From positions 132,278 through 196,277 of the forward strand of contig JBFMAC010000004.1 in NCBI GenBank assembly GCA_040756015.1: a stretch of 64,000 nucleotides of DNA, given 5' to 3'. Position 1 is the first letter of the stretch; each line of letters begins with the position of its first letter. This DNA is from Pseudomonadota bacterium (GTDB taxonomy: Bacteria > Pseudomonadota > Gammaproteobacteria > Burkholderiales > JBFMAC01). The translations under genes and the position numbers were made by a program. Below, one piece after another: positions 56,253-64,000 of the stretch. The notes below the pieces were generated by a model. That model did no database searches. It had not been told where the DNA came from and worked only from the letters and a program-made list of their open reading frames with translations.

Positions 56253-58166
56253 ATGCCGCTGTTGCAACTGGACCAGATTTCGCTCGCTTTTGGCCATGTT
56301 CCCCTGCTCGACCATGCCGATCTGGTGATCCAGGAAAATGAGCGCATCGGCCTGATCGGGCGCAACGGCACCGGCAAATCCAGCCTGCTCAAGATCATCG
56401 CCGGTAGCGTATACGCTGACGACGGTAAAGTGTGGCGCGCGCCGGAATTGCGCCTGGGATATGTGCCGCAGGAACCCGAGTTCGATCCCGGGCATACCGT
56501 GTTCGAGGCTGTAGCCGCCGGGCTGGGCCAGGTAACGGAATTCCTGCTTGACTACCACGCGGTGGCGCAGCAATTGGGTCATGCCGACGCCGACCACGAC
56601 ATGCTGTTGCGGCGTTTGCATGAGTTACAGGCGGCACTGGAAGTGCGCGACGGCTGGCGCCTCAATGACAAGGTCGAAGCGGTGATCCAGCGTCTGGGAC
56701 TGCCCGAAGATGCGAAGATTGGTAGTCTGTCCGGCGGGATGAAGAAGCGCGTTGCCCTGGCGCGTGCATTGGCGGCGGAGCCGCAACTGCTGTTGCTCGA
56801 TGAACCTACCAACCATCTCGACGTTGCCGGCATTGAGTGGCTGGAGCAATGGTTGAACGGTTTTTCCGGCAGCGTGCTGTTCATTACCCATGATCGCCGC
56901 TTTCTCGACAACGTTGCCACCCGTATCATCGAGCTCGACCGCGGCAGGCTGGCGAGTTTCCCCGGTAATTTTTCCGACTACCAGCGCGTGAAAGAAGAAA
57001 TGCTGCGCATGGAAGCGGTGGAGCAGCGTAAGTTCGACAAATTCCTGGCGCAGGAAGAGGTGTGGATACGCAAAGGTATCGAAGCGCGCCGCACCCGCAA
57101 CGAGGGCCGCGTGCGCCGCCTGGAAGCGCTGCGCCGCGAGCGTGCTGCGCGGCGCGAGCGCATAGGCAGCGTGCAACTCGCGGTGGGCGAGGGCGAGCGT
57201 TCCGGCAAGCTGGTTGCCGAGTTGCAGCATGTGCACAAAGCGTTTGGCAAGCACGTGGTGATCCGCGATTTTTCCTGCGTGGTGCAGCGCGGCGACAAAA
57301 TCGGCCTGATCGGTCCCAACGGCGTGGGCAAAAGCACGCTGCTCAAGCTCATCCTCGGCGAGCTGGAACCCGACAGCGGCACGGTGCGGCGCGGCACCAA
57401 GCTGGCGGTGGCTTATTTCGACCAGTTCCGCACCCAGCTTGACGAGGAAAGAGCTGTTGCCGACACCATCAGCCCGGGCTCGGATTATGTCGAGATTAAC
57501 GGCGAACGCAAGCACGTGATGAGCTACCTTGGTGACTTCCTGTTCGCGCCCGAACGTGCGCGTTCGCCAGTGAAGTCTTTGAGCGGTGGCGAGCGCAACC
57601 GCTTGCTGCTGGCGCGGCTGTTCGCGCGACCGGCCAACGTGATGGTGCTGGATGAACCCACCAACGATCTCGACATCGAAACCCTGGAGCTGCTGGAAGA
57701 ATTGTTGCAGGAATACAGTGGCACCGTGCTGCTGGCCAGCCACGACCGGGCTTTCCTCGACAACGTGGTGACGCAGGTGATCGCCTTCGAAGGCGACGGC
57801 AAGCTGGTGGAAAACGCCGGTGGCTACGCCGAATGGCAGCGCGTGAAATCATCCCATGCCGCGCCAGTGCTATCGGTTGCTGCGGCGCCCTCACCGTGCT
57901 CCACCGAGAAAACAGTACGCAGCGCGCGTCCGGCCAAGCTCAGCTACAAGGAAACGCGCGAACTGGAAACGCTGCCTGAAAAAATCAGTGCGCTGGAGCA
58001 GGAGCAGGCCGCCATCGCGCGGCAACTGGAAGATGCGACTCTGTACCGTGACAATCCGGAGCAGGTGAAGACCTTGCAGCAACGCTACGCCATGATCGAA
58101 GACGAAGTGCTGGCGCAGATGATGCGCTGGGAGGAGTTGGAAGAAAAGAGCAAGGTGGCCGGTTAA
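56253..58166 (+). CDS. uup: ABC-F family ATPase (Uup-like)
   Basis: Two ABC cassettes (GRNGTGKSS and GPNGVGKST, each with LSGG and LLLDEPTN/VMVLDEPTND). No TM domain. C-terminal coiled coil. Confidence 0.9.
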   Translation: MPLLQLDQISLAFGHVPLLDHADLVIQENERIGLIGRNGTGKSSLLKIIAGSVYADDGKVWRAPELRLGYVPQEPEFDPGHTVFEAVAAGLGQVTEFLLDYHAVAQQLGHADADHDMLLRRLHELQAALEVRDGWRLNDKVEAVIQRLGLPEDAKIGSLSGGMKKRVALARALAAEPQLLLLDEPTNHLDVAGIEWLEQWLNGFSGSVLFITHDRRFLDNVATRIIELDRGRLASFPGNFSDYQRVKEEMLRMEAVEQRKFDKFLAQEEVWIRKGIEARRTRNEGRVRRLEALRRERAARRERIGSVQLAVGEGERSGKLVAELQHVHKAFGKHVVIRDFSCVVQRGDKIGLIGPNGVGKSTLLKLILGELEPDSGTVRRGTKLAVAYFDQFRTQLDEERAVADTISPGSDYVEINGERKHVMSYLGDFLFAPERARSPVKSLSGGERNRLLLARLFARPANVMVLDEPTNDLDIETLELLEELLQEYSGTVLLASHDRAFLDNVVTQVIAFEGDGKLVENAGGYAEWQRVKSSHAAPVLSVAAAPSPCSTEKTVRSARPAKLSYKETRELETLPEKISALEQEQAAIARQLEDATLYRDNPEQVKTLQQRYAMIEDEVLAQMMRWEELEEKSKVAG

Positions 58167-58169
58167 GCG

Positions 58170-59435
58170 TTATACCAGCCCCTCCATCATCTGTACCTCG
58201 ACCATTTCGCTTGCCGCGACCTTCCCCTGTTCGGTGGGTAGGATGATGAAGCAGTCGGCTTGCGACATGGAACTCAAGATGCCGGAGCCTTGGTCGCCGG
58301 TGGCGCGCACGCTCCATTCGCCTTTTTCATTCTGCTCCAGGATGCCGCGCTGGAATTCGGTACGTCCCGGCGCTTTTTTCAGCGGCGTGGTGCAGGGCAC
58401 GCGGAAAGTCGGCAGCGGCAGCACCGGGTCTAGTCCCATCAATTTGAGCAGCGCCTCGCGCACGAACTGATAGAAGGTAGTCATCACTGCTACCGGGTTG
58501 CCGGGCAGGCCGAAGAAATGCGCATTGGCGATCTTGCCATAGGCGAGCGGACGGCCTGGCTTCATCGCAATTTTCCAGAACACCACGGTGCCGAGGCGGT
58601 TGAGCAGTTCCTTCACGTAATCTGCTTCGCCCACCGAGACGCCGCCGCTGCTGATTACCACATCGGCCTGCGCAGCGGCAGTCAGCAGCGTGCGCTCGAT
58701 CTGCGCCGGATCATCTGGTACCACGCCAAGGTCGATCGCTTCGACGTTGAGGCGTGTCAGCATGCCGTGCAGGGTATAGCGGTTGCTGTCGTAGATCTGC
58801 CCAGCTTCAAGTTCGCTGCCGATAGAACGTAGTTCGTCGCCGGTGGAAAAGAACGCCACGCGCAGCTTGCGATACACGCTGACTTGGCCGATGCCGAGCG
58901 AGGCGATCAGGCCGAGTTCGGCGGGGCGCAGGCGCTTGCCGCGCGCCAGCGCGACTGCACCCTGACGCAAATCTTCACCGGCGCGACGCAGGTTCTGCCC
59001 CGGGCGATGGCCTGGACCGATGCGCACGATGTTTCCGTTGACAGTGGCATGCTCCTGCATCACCACGGTGTCGGCACCGTCGGGGATCACCGCGCCGGTC
59101 ATGATGCGCACGCACTGGCCGGCGGCGACTGTGCCGGCAAACGGCTGGCCGGCGAAACTTGCGCCGATCAGCCTGAGCGCGCTTTCGTCCGTCTCCAGAT
59201 CGGCGTGGCGCAGCGCGTAGCCGTCCATCGCAGAATTATCGTGCGCCGGCACGTTGAGCGGCGAAACGATGTCCTGCGCCAGCACGCGTCCCAGCGCGTC
59301 CTTCAGCGTCAGTGTTTCGGTTGCAGCCAAGGGCTGCAAATAAGTGGCGATCAGCGCGCGCGCCTTGTCCACCGGCAGCGAATTGGGATCGTAGTCGTCG
59401 GCGCAGCTCAGGGCAGAGATATCCGGGTTGTTCAC
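58170..59435 (-). CDS. moeA: Molybdopterin molybdotransferase
   Basis: SPLNVPAHDNSAMDGYA, STGDEL, SGGVSVGEADY and PGNPVA motifs. Confidence 0.9.
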   Translation of the reverse strand: MNNPDISALSCADDYDPNSLPVDKARALIATYLQPLAATETLTLKDALGRVLAQDIVSPLNVPAHDNSAMDGYALRHADLETDESALRLIGASFAGQPFAGTVAAGQCVRIMTGAVIPDGADTVVMQEHATVNGNIVRIGPGHRPGQNLRRAGEDLRQGAVALARGKRLRPAELGLIASLGIGQVSVYRKLRVAFFSTGDELRSIGSELEAGQIYDSNRYTLHGMLTRLNVEAIDLGVVPDDPAQIERTLLTAAAQADVVISSGGVSVGEADYVKELLNRLGTVVFWKIAMKPGRPLAYGKIANAHFFGLPGNPVAVMTTFYQFVREALLKLMGLDPVLPLPTFRVPCTTPLKKAPGRTEFQRGILEQNEKGEWSVRATGDQGSGILSSMSQADCFIILPTEQGKVAASEMVEVQMMEGLV

Positions 59436-59542
59436 GGCAAAGGGCGCATAAAAAAACGAGGGGAACGGTTAACTCGATTCAATCGACTTCAATGTAGAAA
59501 TCATACTATATTGCACTGCCCGCTATGATGCGACTGGAGAGC

Positions 59543-60064
59543 ATGAAAGTTTTTGGTATCGCCGGCTATTCCGGCAACGGTAAGACCACGCTGATCGAGC
59601 GGCTGATCCCGGCCTTGAGCGCACATGGCTACACGGTGTCGCTGGTGAAGCATGCCCATCACGATTTCGACGTGGATTTGCCCGGCAAGGATTCACATCG
59701 CTACCGCCAGGCCGGCGCCAGCGAAGTGCTGGTGAGTTCGGCCAGGCGCTGGGCGCTGATGCACGAATTGCGCGGTGCGGCCGAGCTCGACCTGGACGCG
59801 GCACTGGCACGGCTGTCACCCTGCGACATCGTGCTGGTGGAAGGTTACAAGGTGGCGCCGATTCCCAAGCTGGAAGTGTACCGACCGGCGGCGGGCAAGC
59901 CGCGCCTGCCGGCGGACGCGCATATCGTTGCCGTGGCCAGCGATGAGGCCATCGACATCACGTTGCCGCTGCTGGATTTGAACGATGCGGAGGCGGTGGC
60001 GCGCTTCATCCTGAGTTATCTGCGCCTGGCGAATGTTGAGCGGACGGAGGAGAAAAGAGCATGA
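59543..60064 (+). CDS. mobB: Molybdopterin-guanine dinucleotide biosynthesis adapter protein
   Basis: MKVFGIAGYSGNGKTTL P-loop, VKHAHH and VLVEGYK motifs. Confidence 0.85.
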   Translation: MKVFGIAGYSGNGKTTLIERLIPALSAHGYTVSLVKHAHHDFDVDLPGKDSHRYRQAGASEVLVSSARRWALMHELRGAAELDLDAALARLSPCDIVLVEGYKVAPIPKLEVYRPAAGKPRLPADAHIVAVASDEAIDITLPLLDLNDAEAVARFILSYLRLANVERTEEKRA

Positions 60065-60315
60065 TCCGAGTGTTGTATTTCGCTGCATTGCGCGAAGCCG
60101 TGGGACGGGGCGAGGAGGCGCTAAAACTGCCGGAAGGTGTGGCCAATGTGGCCGCATTGCGCGCCTGGCTGCGCGCGCGCGGGGAGCCATGGAGCGCGGC
60201 GCTGGCCGAGGAGAGGCCGGTGCGCGCCGCGGTGAACCAGGATATGGCCGGTGCGGAGAGTGTAGTGCGCGATGGCGATGAAGTGGCGTTTTTTCCGCCG
60301 GTGACCGGAGGCTAG
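60061..60315 (+). CDS. moaD: Molybdopterin synthase sulfur-carrier subunit
   Basis: 84 aa with a ubiquitin-like pattern, ending in PPVTGG. Confidence 0.85.
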   Translation: MIRVLYFAALREAVGRGEEALKLPEGVANVAALRAWLRARGEPWSAALAEERPVRAAVNQDMAGAESVVRDGDEVAFFPPVTGG

Positions 60316-60316
60316 C

Positions 60317-60775
60317 ATGGGCGTGCGCGTGCAAAGCGAGGATTTCGATGTCGGGCAGGAGTTGGATCGGCTGCGCGCCGGTAATCCTAATGTTGGGGCG
60401 CTGGCGAGCTTCATCGGCCTGATGCGCGACATCAACGATGGCGAGGTGGTCAGCGCGATGACGCTGGAGCATTATCCCGGCATGACCGAGCGTGCGCTAG
60501 AAAAAATCGTCGCGCAAGCGCGGCAGCGCTGGGATGTGATTGATATTCTGGTGGTACATCGTGTCGGCCCGCTGCGCCCGCAGGACAGGATCGTGCTGGT
60601 GGCGGCGGCGGCAGTGCACCGCGAACCGGCTTTTCGGGCGTGTGAATTCGTTATCGATTACCTGAAGACGCAGGCGCCGTTCTGGAAAAAAGAGCAGACA
60701 CGAGACGGCGGCCGCTGGGTGGAAGCGCGCGACAGCGATGCGCAGGCGGCGGGGCGCTGGGCCGGTGACGACTAA
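60317..60775 (+). CDS. moaE: Molybdopterin synthase catalytic subunit
   Basis: GALASFIGLMRD, LEHYPGM and APFWKKE motifs. Confidence 0.9.
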   Translation: MGVRVQSEDFDVGQELDRLRAGNPNVGALASFIGLMRDINDGEVVSAMTLEHYPGMTERALEKIVAQARQRWDVIDILVVHRVGPLRPQDRIVLVAAAAVHREPAFRACEFVIDYLKTQAPFWKKEQTRDGGRWVEARDSDAQAAGRWAGDD

Positions 60776-60861
60776 GCTCTCCTTGTTAATTTCTCTTTTT
60801 TAATAGATAGATACAAGCGGCTTTACGGGGCAGACCCAACTCAAGCATACTATGCGGCGAC

Positions 60862-61656
60862 ATGAACGATATCGCCGTCCCGCCGCCCATCGCCAAGCTT
60901 TATGGCGAGCCTGTCCTGGAATTGCCGCAGGATCTCTACATTCCGCCCGACGCGCTGGAAGTGATCCTCGAAAATTTTGAAGGGCCGCTCGACCTGCTGC
61001 TGTATCTGATCCGTAAGCACAACATCGACGTACTCGACATTCCCATGGCCAGGCTGACCAAGCAATACCTTGATTATGTCGAGGCGATGCGTGCCAGCCA
61101 GCTGGAACTGGTTGCCGAATACCTGCTGATGGCGGCGATGCTGATCGAGATCAAGTCGCGCATGCTGTTGCCGCGCCCGGTCGAGGTCAGCGGCGAAGAG
61201 GCGGAAGACCCGCGCGCCGAGCTGGTGCGACGCCTGCTCGAATATGAGCAGATGAAGCTGGCCGCGAGCAAGCTGGACGAGTTGCCACAGGCGGGGCGCG
61301 ATTTCGGCTGGGTGCAGGTGTGGGTGGAGCAGTCCGCGGTGCAGCGCCTGCCCGAGGTTGATGCCAACGACCTGCTCGAAGCCTGGCGCGGCTTGCTGGC
61401 GCGTGCGCGCATGAATCGGCATCACAAGGTAACGCGCGAGGAACTGTCGGTGCGCGAGCACATGAGCCGCATTCTGCGCAGCTTGCAGGAAACGCAGTTT
61501 TCCGAATTTGCCTCCCTGTTCAACCCGCTGGCCGGCGTCGCCGAACTGGTGGTGACTTTCCTCGCCCTGCTCGAACTGGCTCGCGAGAGTCTGGTCGAGA
61601 TCAACCAGCAGGGCGTTTTTTCGACCATTTACGTGAAGCTCAAACATGCTGCCTGA
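60862..61656 (+). CDS. scpA: Segregation and condensation protein A
   Basis: [25 protein letters not shown] motif at the N-terminus. Confidence 0.88.
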   Translation: MNDIAVPPPIAKLYGEPVLELPQDLYIPPDALEVILENFEGPLDLLLYLIRKHNIDVLDIPMARLTKQYLDYVEAMRASQLELVAEYLLMAAMLIEIKSRMLLPRPVEVSGEEAEDPRAELVRRLLEYEQMKLAASKLDELPQAGRDFGWVQVWVEQSAVQRLPEVDANDLLEAWRGLLARARMNRHHKVTREELSVREHMSRILRSLQETQFSEFASLFNPLAGVAELVVTFLALLELARESLVEINQQGVFSTIYVKLKHAA

Positions 61657-62305
61657 ACTGGATCACATGAAACGGGTGCTGGAAGCCGCATTGCTCTCCA
61701 GCAGCGAGCCGCTGCCGGTCGCCGAACTGAAAAAACTGTTTGGAGAAGAGGTTGGCACCGACGTGTTGCGCAAGCTGCTCGACGAGATCGGCGCGGAGTG
61801 GGAGGGCAAGGGTGTCGAGCTCGTCAACCTGGCGAGCGGCTGGCGTTTCCGCACCAAGCCGGAGATTCAGATGTACCTGGATCGGCTCAGCCCGCAGAAG
61901 CCGTCCAAGTATTCGCGCGCGGTGCTGGAAACGCTTGCCATCATCGCCTACCGCCAGCCGGTGACGCGCGGCGACATCGAGGAAATCCGCGGTGTCACCG
62001 TGTCGAGCAACGTGTTGAAGGCGCTGGAAGGGCGCGGCTGGATCGACGTGATCGGCCATCGTGAAGTGCCCGGGCGGCCCGCGTTGTACGCCACCACCAA
62101 GACTTTCCTCAACGACCTCGGCTTGCGTTCGTTGCAGGAACTGCCGCCGCTGGAGGAAGTCGGCGCGCTGCTGGAGAGCGAAGCCCTCTTGCCGCCGGTT
62201 GCAACCGAAGAGCTGCCATTTGCCGAGTCGCCAGCTGAAGGTTTTGGCGAATCTGCCGCTCCTGTGGAGCAAGTTGTCGTTGAAGCGGCGGAGACGGTGG
62301 CATGA
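61646..62305 (+). CDS. scpB: Segregation and condensation protein B
   Basis: [36 protein letters not shown] and GRPALYATT motifs. Confidence 0.88.
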   Translation: MLPELDHMKRVLEAALLSSSEPLPVAELKKLFGEEVGTDVLRKLLDEIGAEWEGKGVELVNLASGWRFRTKPEIQMYLDRLSPQKPSKYSRAVLETLAIIAYRQPVTRGDIEEIRGVTVSSNVLKALEGRGWIDVIGHREVPGRPALYATTKTFLNDLGLRSLQELPPLEEVGALLESEALLPPVATEELPFAESPAEGFGESAAPVEQVVVEAAETVA

Positions 62306-62925
62306 AAGCATTGCTGGTCGCCAACCCCAAGGGCGGGGCCGGCAAGACCACGATCTCCACCAACCTCGCTGCATTCCTTGCCGGCCAGAACGAAAGCACC
62401 CTGTTGTGGGATCTGGATCGGCAAAAATCCTCGCTCGAATGGCTGTCGTTGCGCCCGCCCGAATTGCCGCGCATCATCCGGCTCGACGATCAGGACGACG
62501 GCTACAAACATCACGACAAATCCTGGCTGGTGATCGACTCGCCGGCCGGCCTGCACGGCAAGAATCTGGGGCATGCGCTGAAGCCGGCGCACAAGGTGCT
62601 GGTGCCGGTGCAGCCTTCCCTGTTCGACATGGCGGCGACGCGCGATTTCCTGCACGTCCTCAACGAAGAAAAGGCGGTGCGCAAGCACAAGGCCTTCATC
62701 GGCATCGTCGGCATGCGCGTCGATGCGCGCACCAAGGCCGCAGCGACGCTGGAAGCCTTCCTGGCGCAATTCGACTTGCCGGTGCTGACTTATCTGCGTG
62801 ACACCCAGCTTTATCCCAACGCTGCGTTCACCGGGCGCAGCATCTTCGACCTGCCGCGCTACCAGAGCGAACGCGATGTGGAGTTGTGGCAGCCCATCCT
62901 CGAATGGGTATTGCAGGACGCCTGA
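62302..62925 (+). CDS. Small ParA/MinD-family ATPase
   Basis: Deviant Walker [11 protein letters not shown] and Walker B-like [13 protein letters not shown] overlap with the scpB stop. Confidence 0.8.
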   Translation: MKALLVANPKGGAGKTTISTNLAAFLAGQNESTLLWDLDRQKSSLEWLSLRPPELPRIIRLDDQDDGYKHHDKSWLVIDSPAGLHGKNLGHALKPAHKVLVPVQPSLFDMAATRDFLHVLNEEKAVRKHKAFIGIVGMRVDARTKAAATLEAFLAQFDLPVLTYLRDTQLYPNAAFTGRSIFDLPRYQSERDVELWQPILEWVLQDA

Positions 62926-62928
62926 TGC

Positions 62929-64000
62929 TTACTTCCCGCTTCCCCACACGGTGGCTGGCCTGTAAAGGGGCACGACACCGGTTTTGTTCCCGGGCGACGG
63001 TGCATTCCCTTTTTGCAGCCAGCCAGGCGCCGCAGGTTTGTTGTCAGCGGCAGGAAGCGGGGTTTGCGGCGATTCTGCGGCTAGTTTGCTGGGTGGTTGT
63101 GCCTGCGGTGTGAGTGTGGGGGCGGGTGCGGCGGGTTCCAATTCCTTGATGGGCGCCGCAACCTGCTTCACTTCGGTCGTCGCGGGAGCTTTCACGGCGG
63201 GCGGCGGGATGGACTCGGCGGGCATGCTGGAGAGCAGGTCCTCGTGGCGGGCGAGCAGCATGTCGGCGACTTCCTTGCGCCCCAGGCTGGCCGCCCAGCT
63301 CAGCGGCGTGTTGCCAAAATTGTCCGTGGCATGGATATTTCCACCCTTGGCCAGCAGCAGTTCCACCACATCGCGCTGGTTCAGACTGACCGCCAAATGC
63401 AGCGGTGTTCTGCCGTCCTTGTTTTGGGCGTTGACGTCTGCGCCGTGGGCGAGCAGCAATTCGACCATGTCGGACTGGCCGCGCGATGCCGCCCAGTGCA
63501 GCGGTGTCGTGCCGGCATTGCTAGTGGCGCGGACATCAGCACCCTTGGCCAGCAGCAATTCCGCTACTTCCTTGTTGCCCTTGGTCGCGGCCCAATTCAG
63601 CGGCGTGTTGCCATAATCATCCTTGGTCTGGATGTCGGCGCCCTGGGCCAGCAGCAGCGCCGTGACTTCCGGGTTGCCCCACGACGCCGCCTGGTGCAAC
63701 GGCGTGCCGCCGTAATTGTCGCGCGCCTGGATGCTGGCGCCTCTGGCCAGCAGCATCTTCGCAATTTCCTTGTAGCCCTTGGACGCTGCCTGATGGAGGG
63801 GCGTGAATCCAAAATTGTCCCTGGCCTGGACGTTGGCACCGCGCGAGAGCAGCAGTTCGGCGATCTCCAGGCTGCCTTGCGAAACCGCCCAGTGCAGCGG
63901 GGTGGCGCCTTCCCTGTTTTGGGCATGGACGTCGGCGCCTTTGCTCAACAGCGTTTCGACCGCTTCGCGGTTACCCGCGCCGACTGCCGCAAACAGATCA
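62929..64000 (-). CDS. Ankyrin-repeat protein with Pro/Ala-rich C-terminal tail (5-prime end beyond the window)
   Basis: At least 7 consecutive 33-aa repeats (G.TPLH.A...G..E...LLL..GA). The reading frame is still open at position 64000. The C-terminal ~100 aa are Pro/Ala-rich. Confidence 0.85.
   Translation of the reverse strand, partial: DLFAAVGAGNREAVETLLSKGADVHAQNREGATPLHWAVSQGSLEIAELLLSRGANVQARDNFGFTPLHQAASKGYKEIAKMLLARGASIQARDNYGGTPLHQAASWGNPEVTALLLAQGADIQTKDDYGNTPLNWAATKGNKEVAELLLAKGADVRATSNAGTTPLHWAASRGQSDMVELLLAHGADVNAQNKDGRTPLHLAVSLNQRDVVELLLAKGGNIHATDNFGNTPLSWAASLGRKEVADMLLARHEDLLSSMPAESIPPPAVKAPATTEVKQVAAPIKELEPAAPAPTLTPQAQPPSKLAAESPQTPLPAADNKPAAPGWLQKGNAPSPGNKTGVVPLYRPATVWGSGK

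Overview
GC-rich chromosomal segment whose gene order looks betaproteobacterial (inference from synteny: yceF/maf-yceD-rpmF-plsX-fabHDG-acpP-fabF-pabC-mltG-tmk-holB-pilZ, and rne divergent from rluC). I support about 65 protein genes, 2 tRNAs (Asn-GTT, Arg-CCT), several intrinsic terminators and a few promoter or operator candidates. I saw no rRNA, CRISPR array, intact IS, prophage or recognisable defence genes. Housekeeping blocks include tadA, uvrB, rne, the fatty-acid synthesis cluster, relA, modABC, moeA/mobB/moaDE and scpAB. The window is unusually dense in second-messenger signalling genes. The best candidate for an undescribed system is a 12.3-kb, eight-gene, translationally coupled operon at 37551-49807. 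Its order is CHASE2-Ser/Thr kinase, PP2C phosphatase, double-FHA protein, CHASE2-class III cyclase, class-II cNMP phosphodiesterase, cNMP-binding/rhodanese protein, an orphan GAF-fused GspE/PilB-type secretion ATPase, and a GAF-HD-GYP phosphodiesterase. Other notable items: an HsbA/HsbR-like partner-switching pair behind a near-consensus sigma-28 promoter; an MCP with an intact C-terminal PilZ domain; a self-contained sigma-54 promoter / 44-aa hydrophobic peptide / terminator unit in an AT-richer patch that also holds a frameshifted Nudix gene and a possible decayed PilZ ORF; a perfect 12-bp-stem palindrome inserted in frame in ygiQ; a perfect FNR-type box; a CysG-like gene with a vestigial methylase domain; and an IS21-like relic. 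All calls come from reading the sequence and translations by eye. No database search was run.
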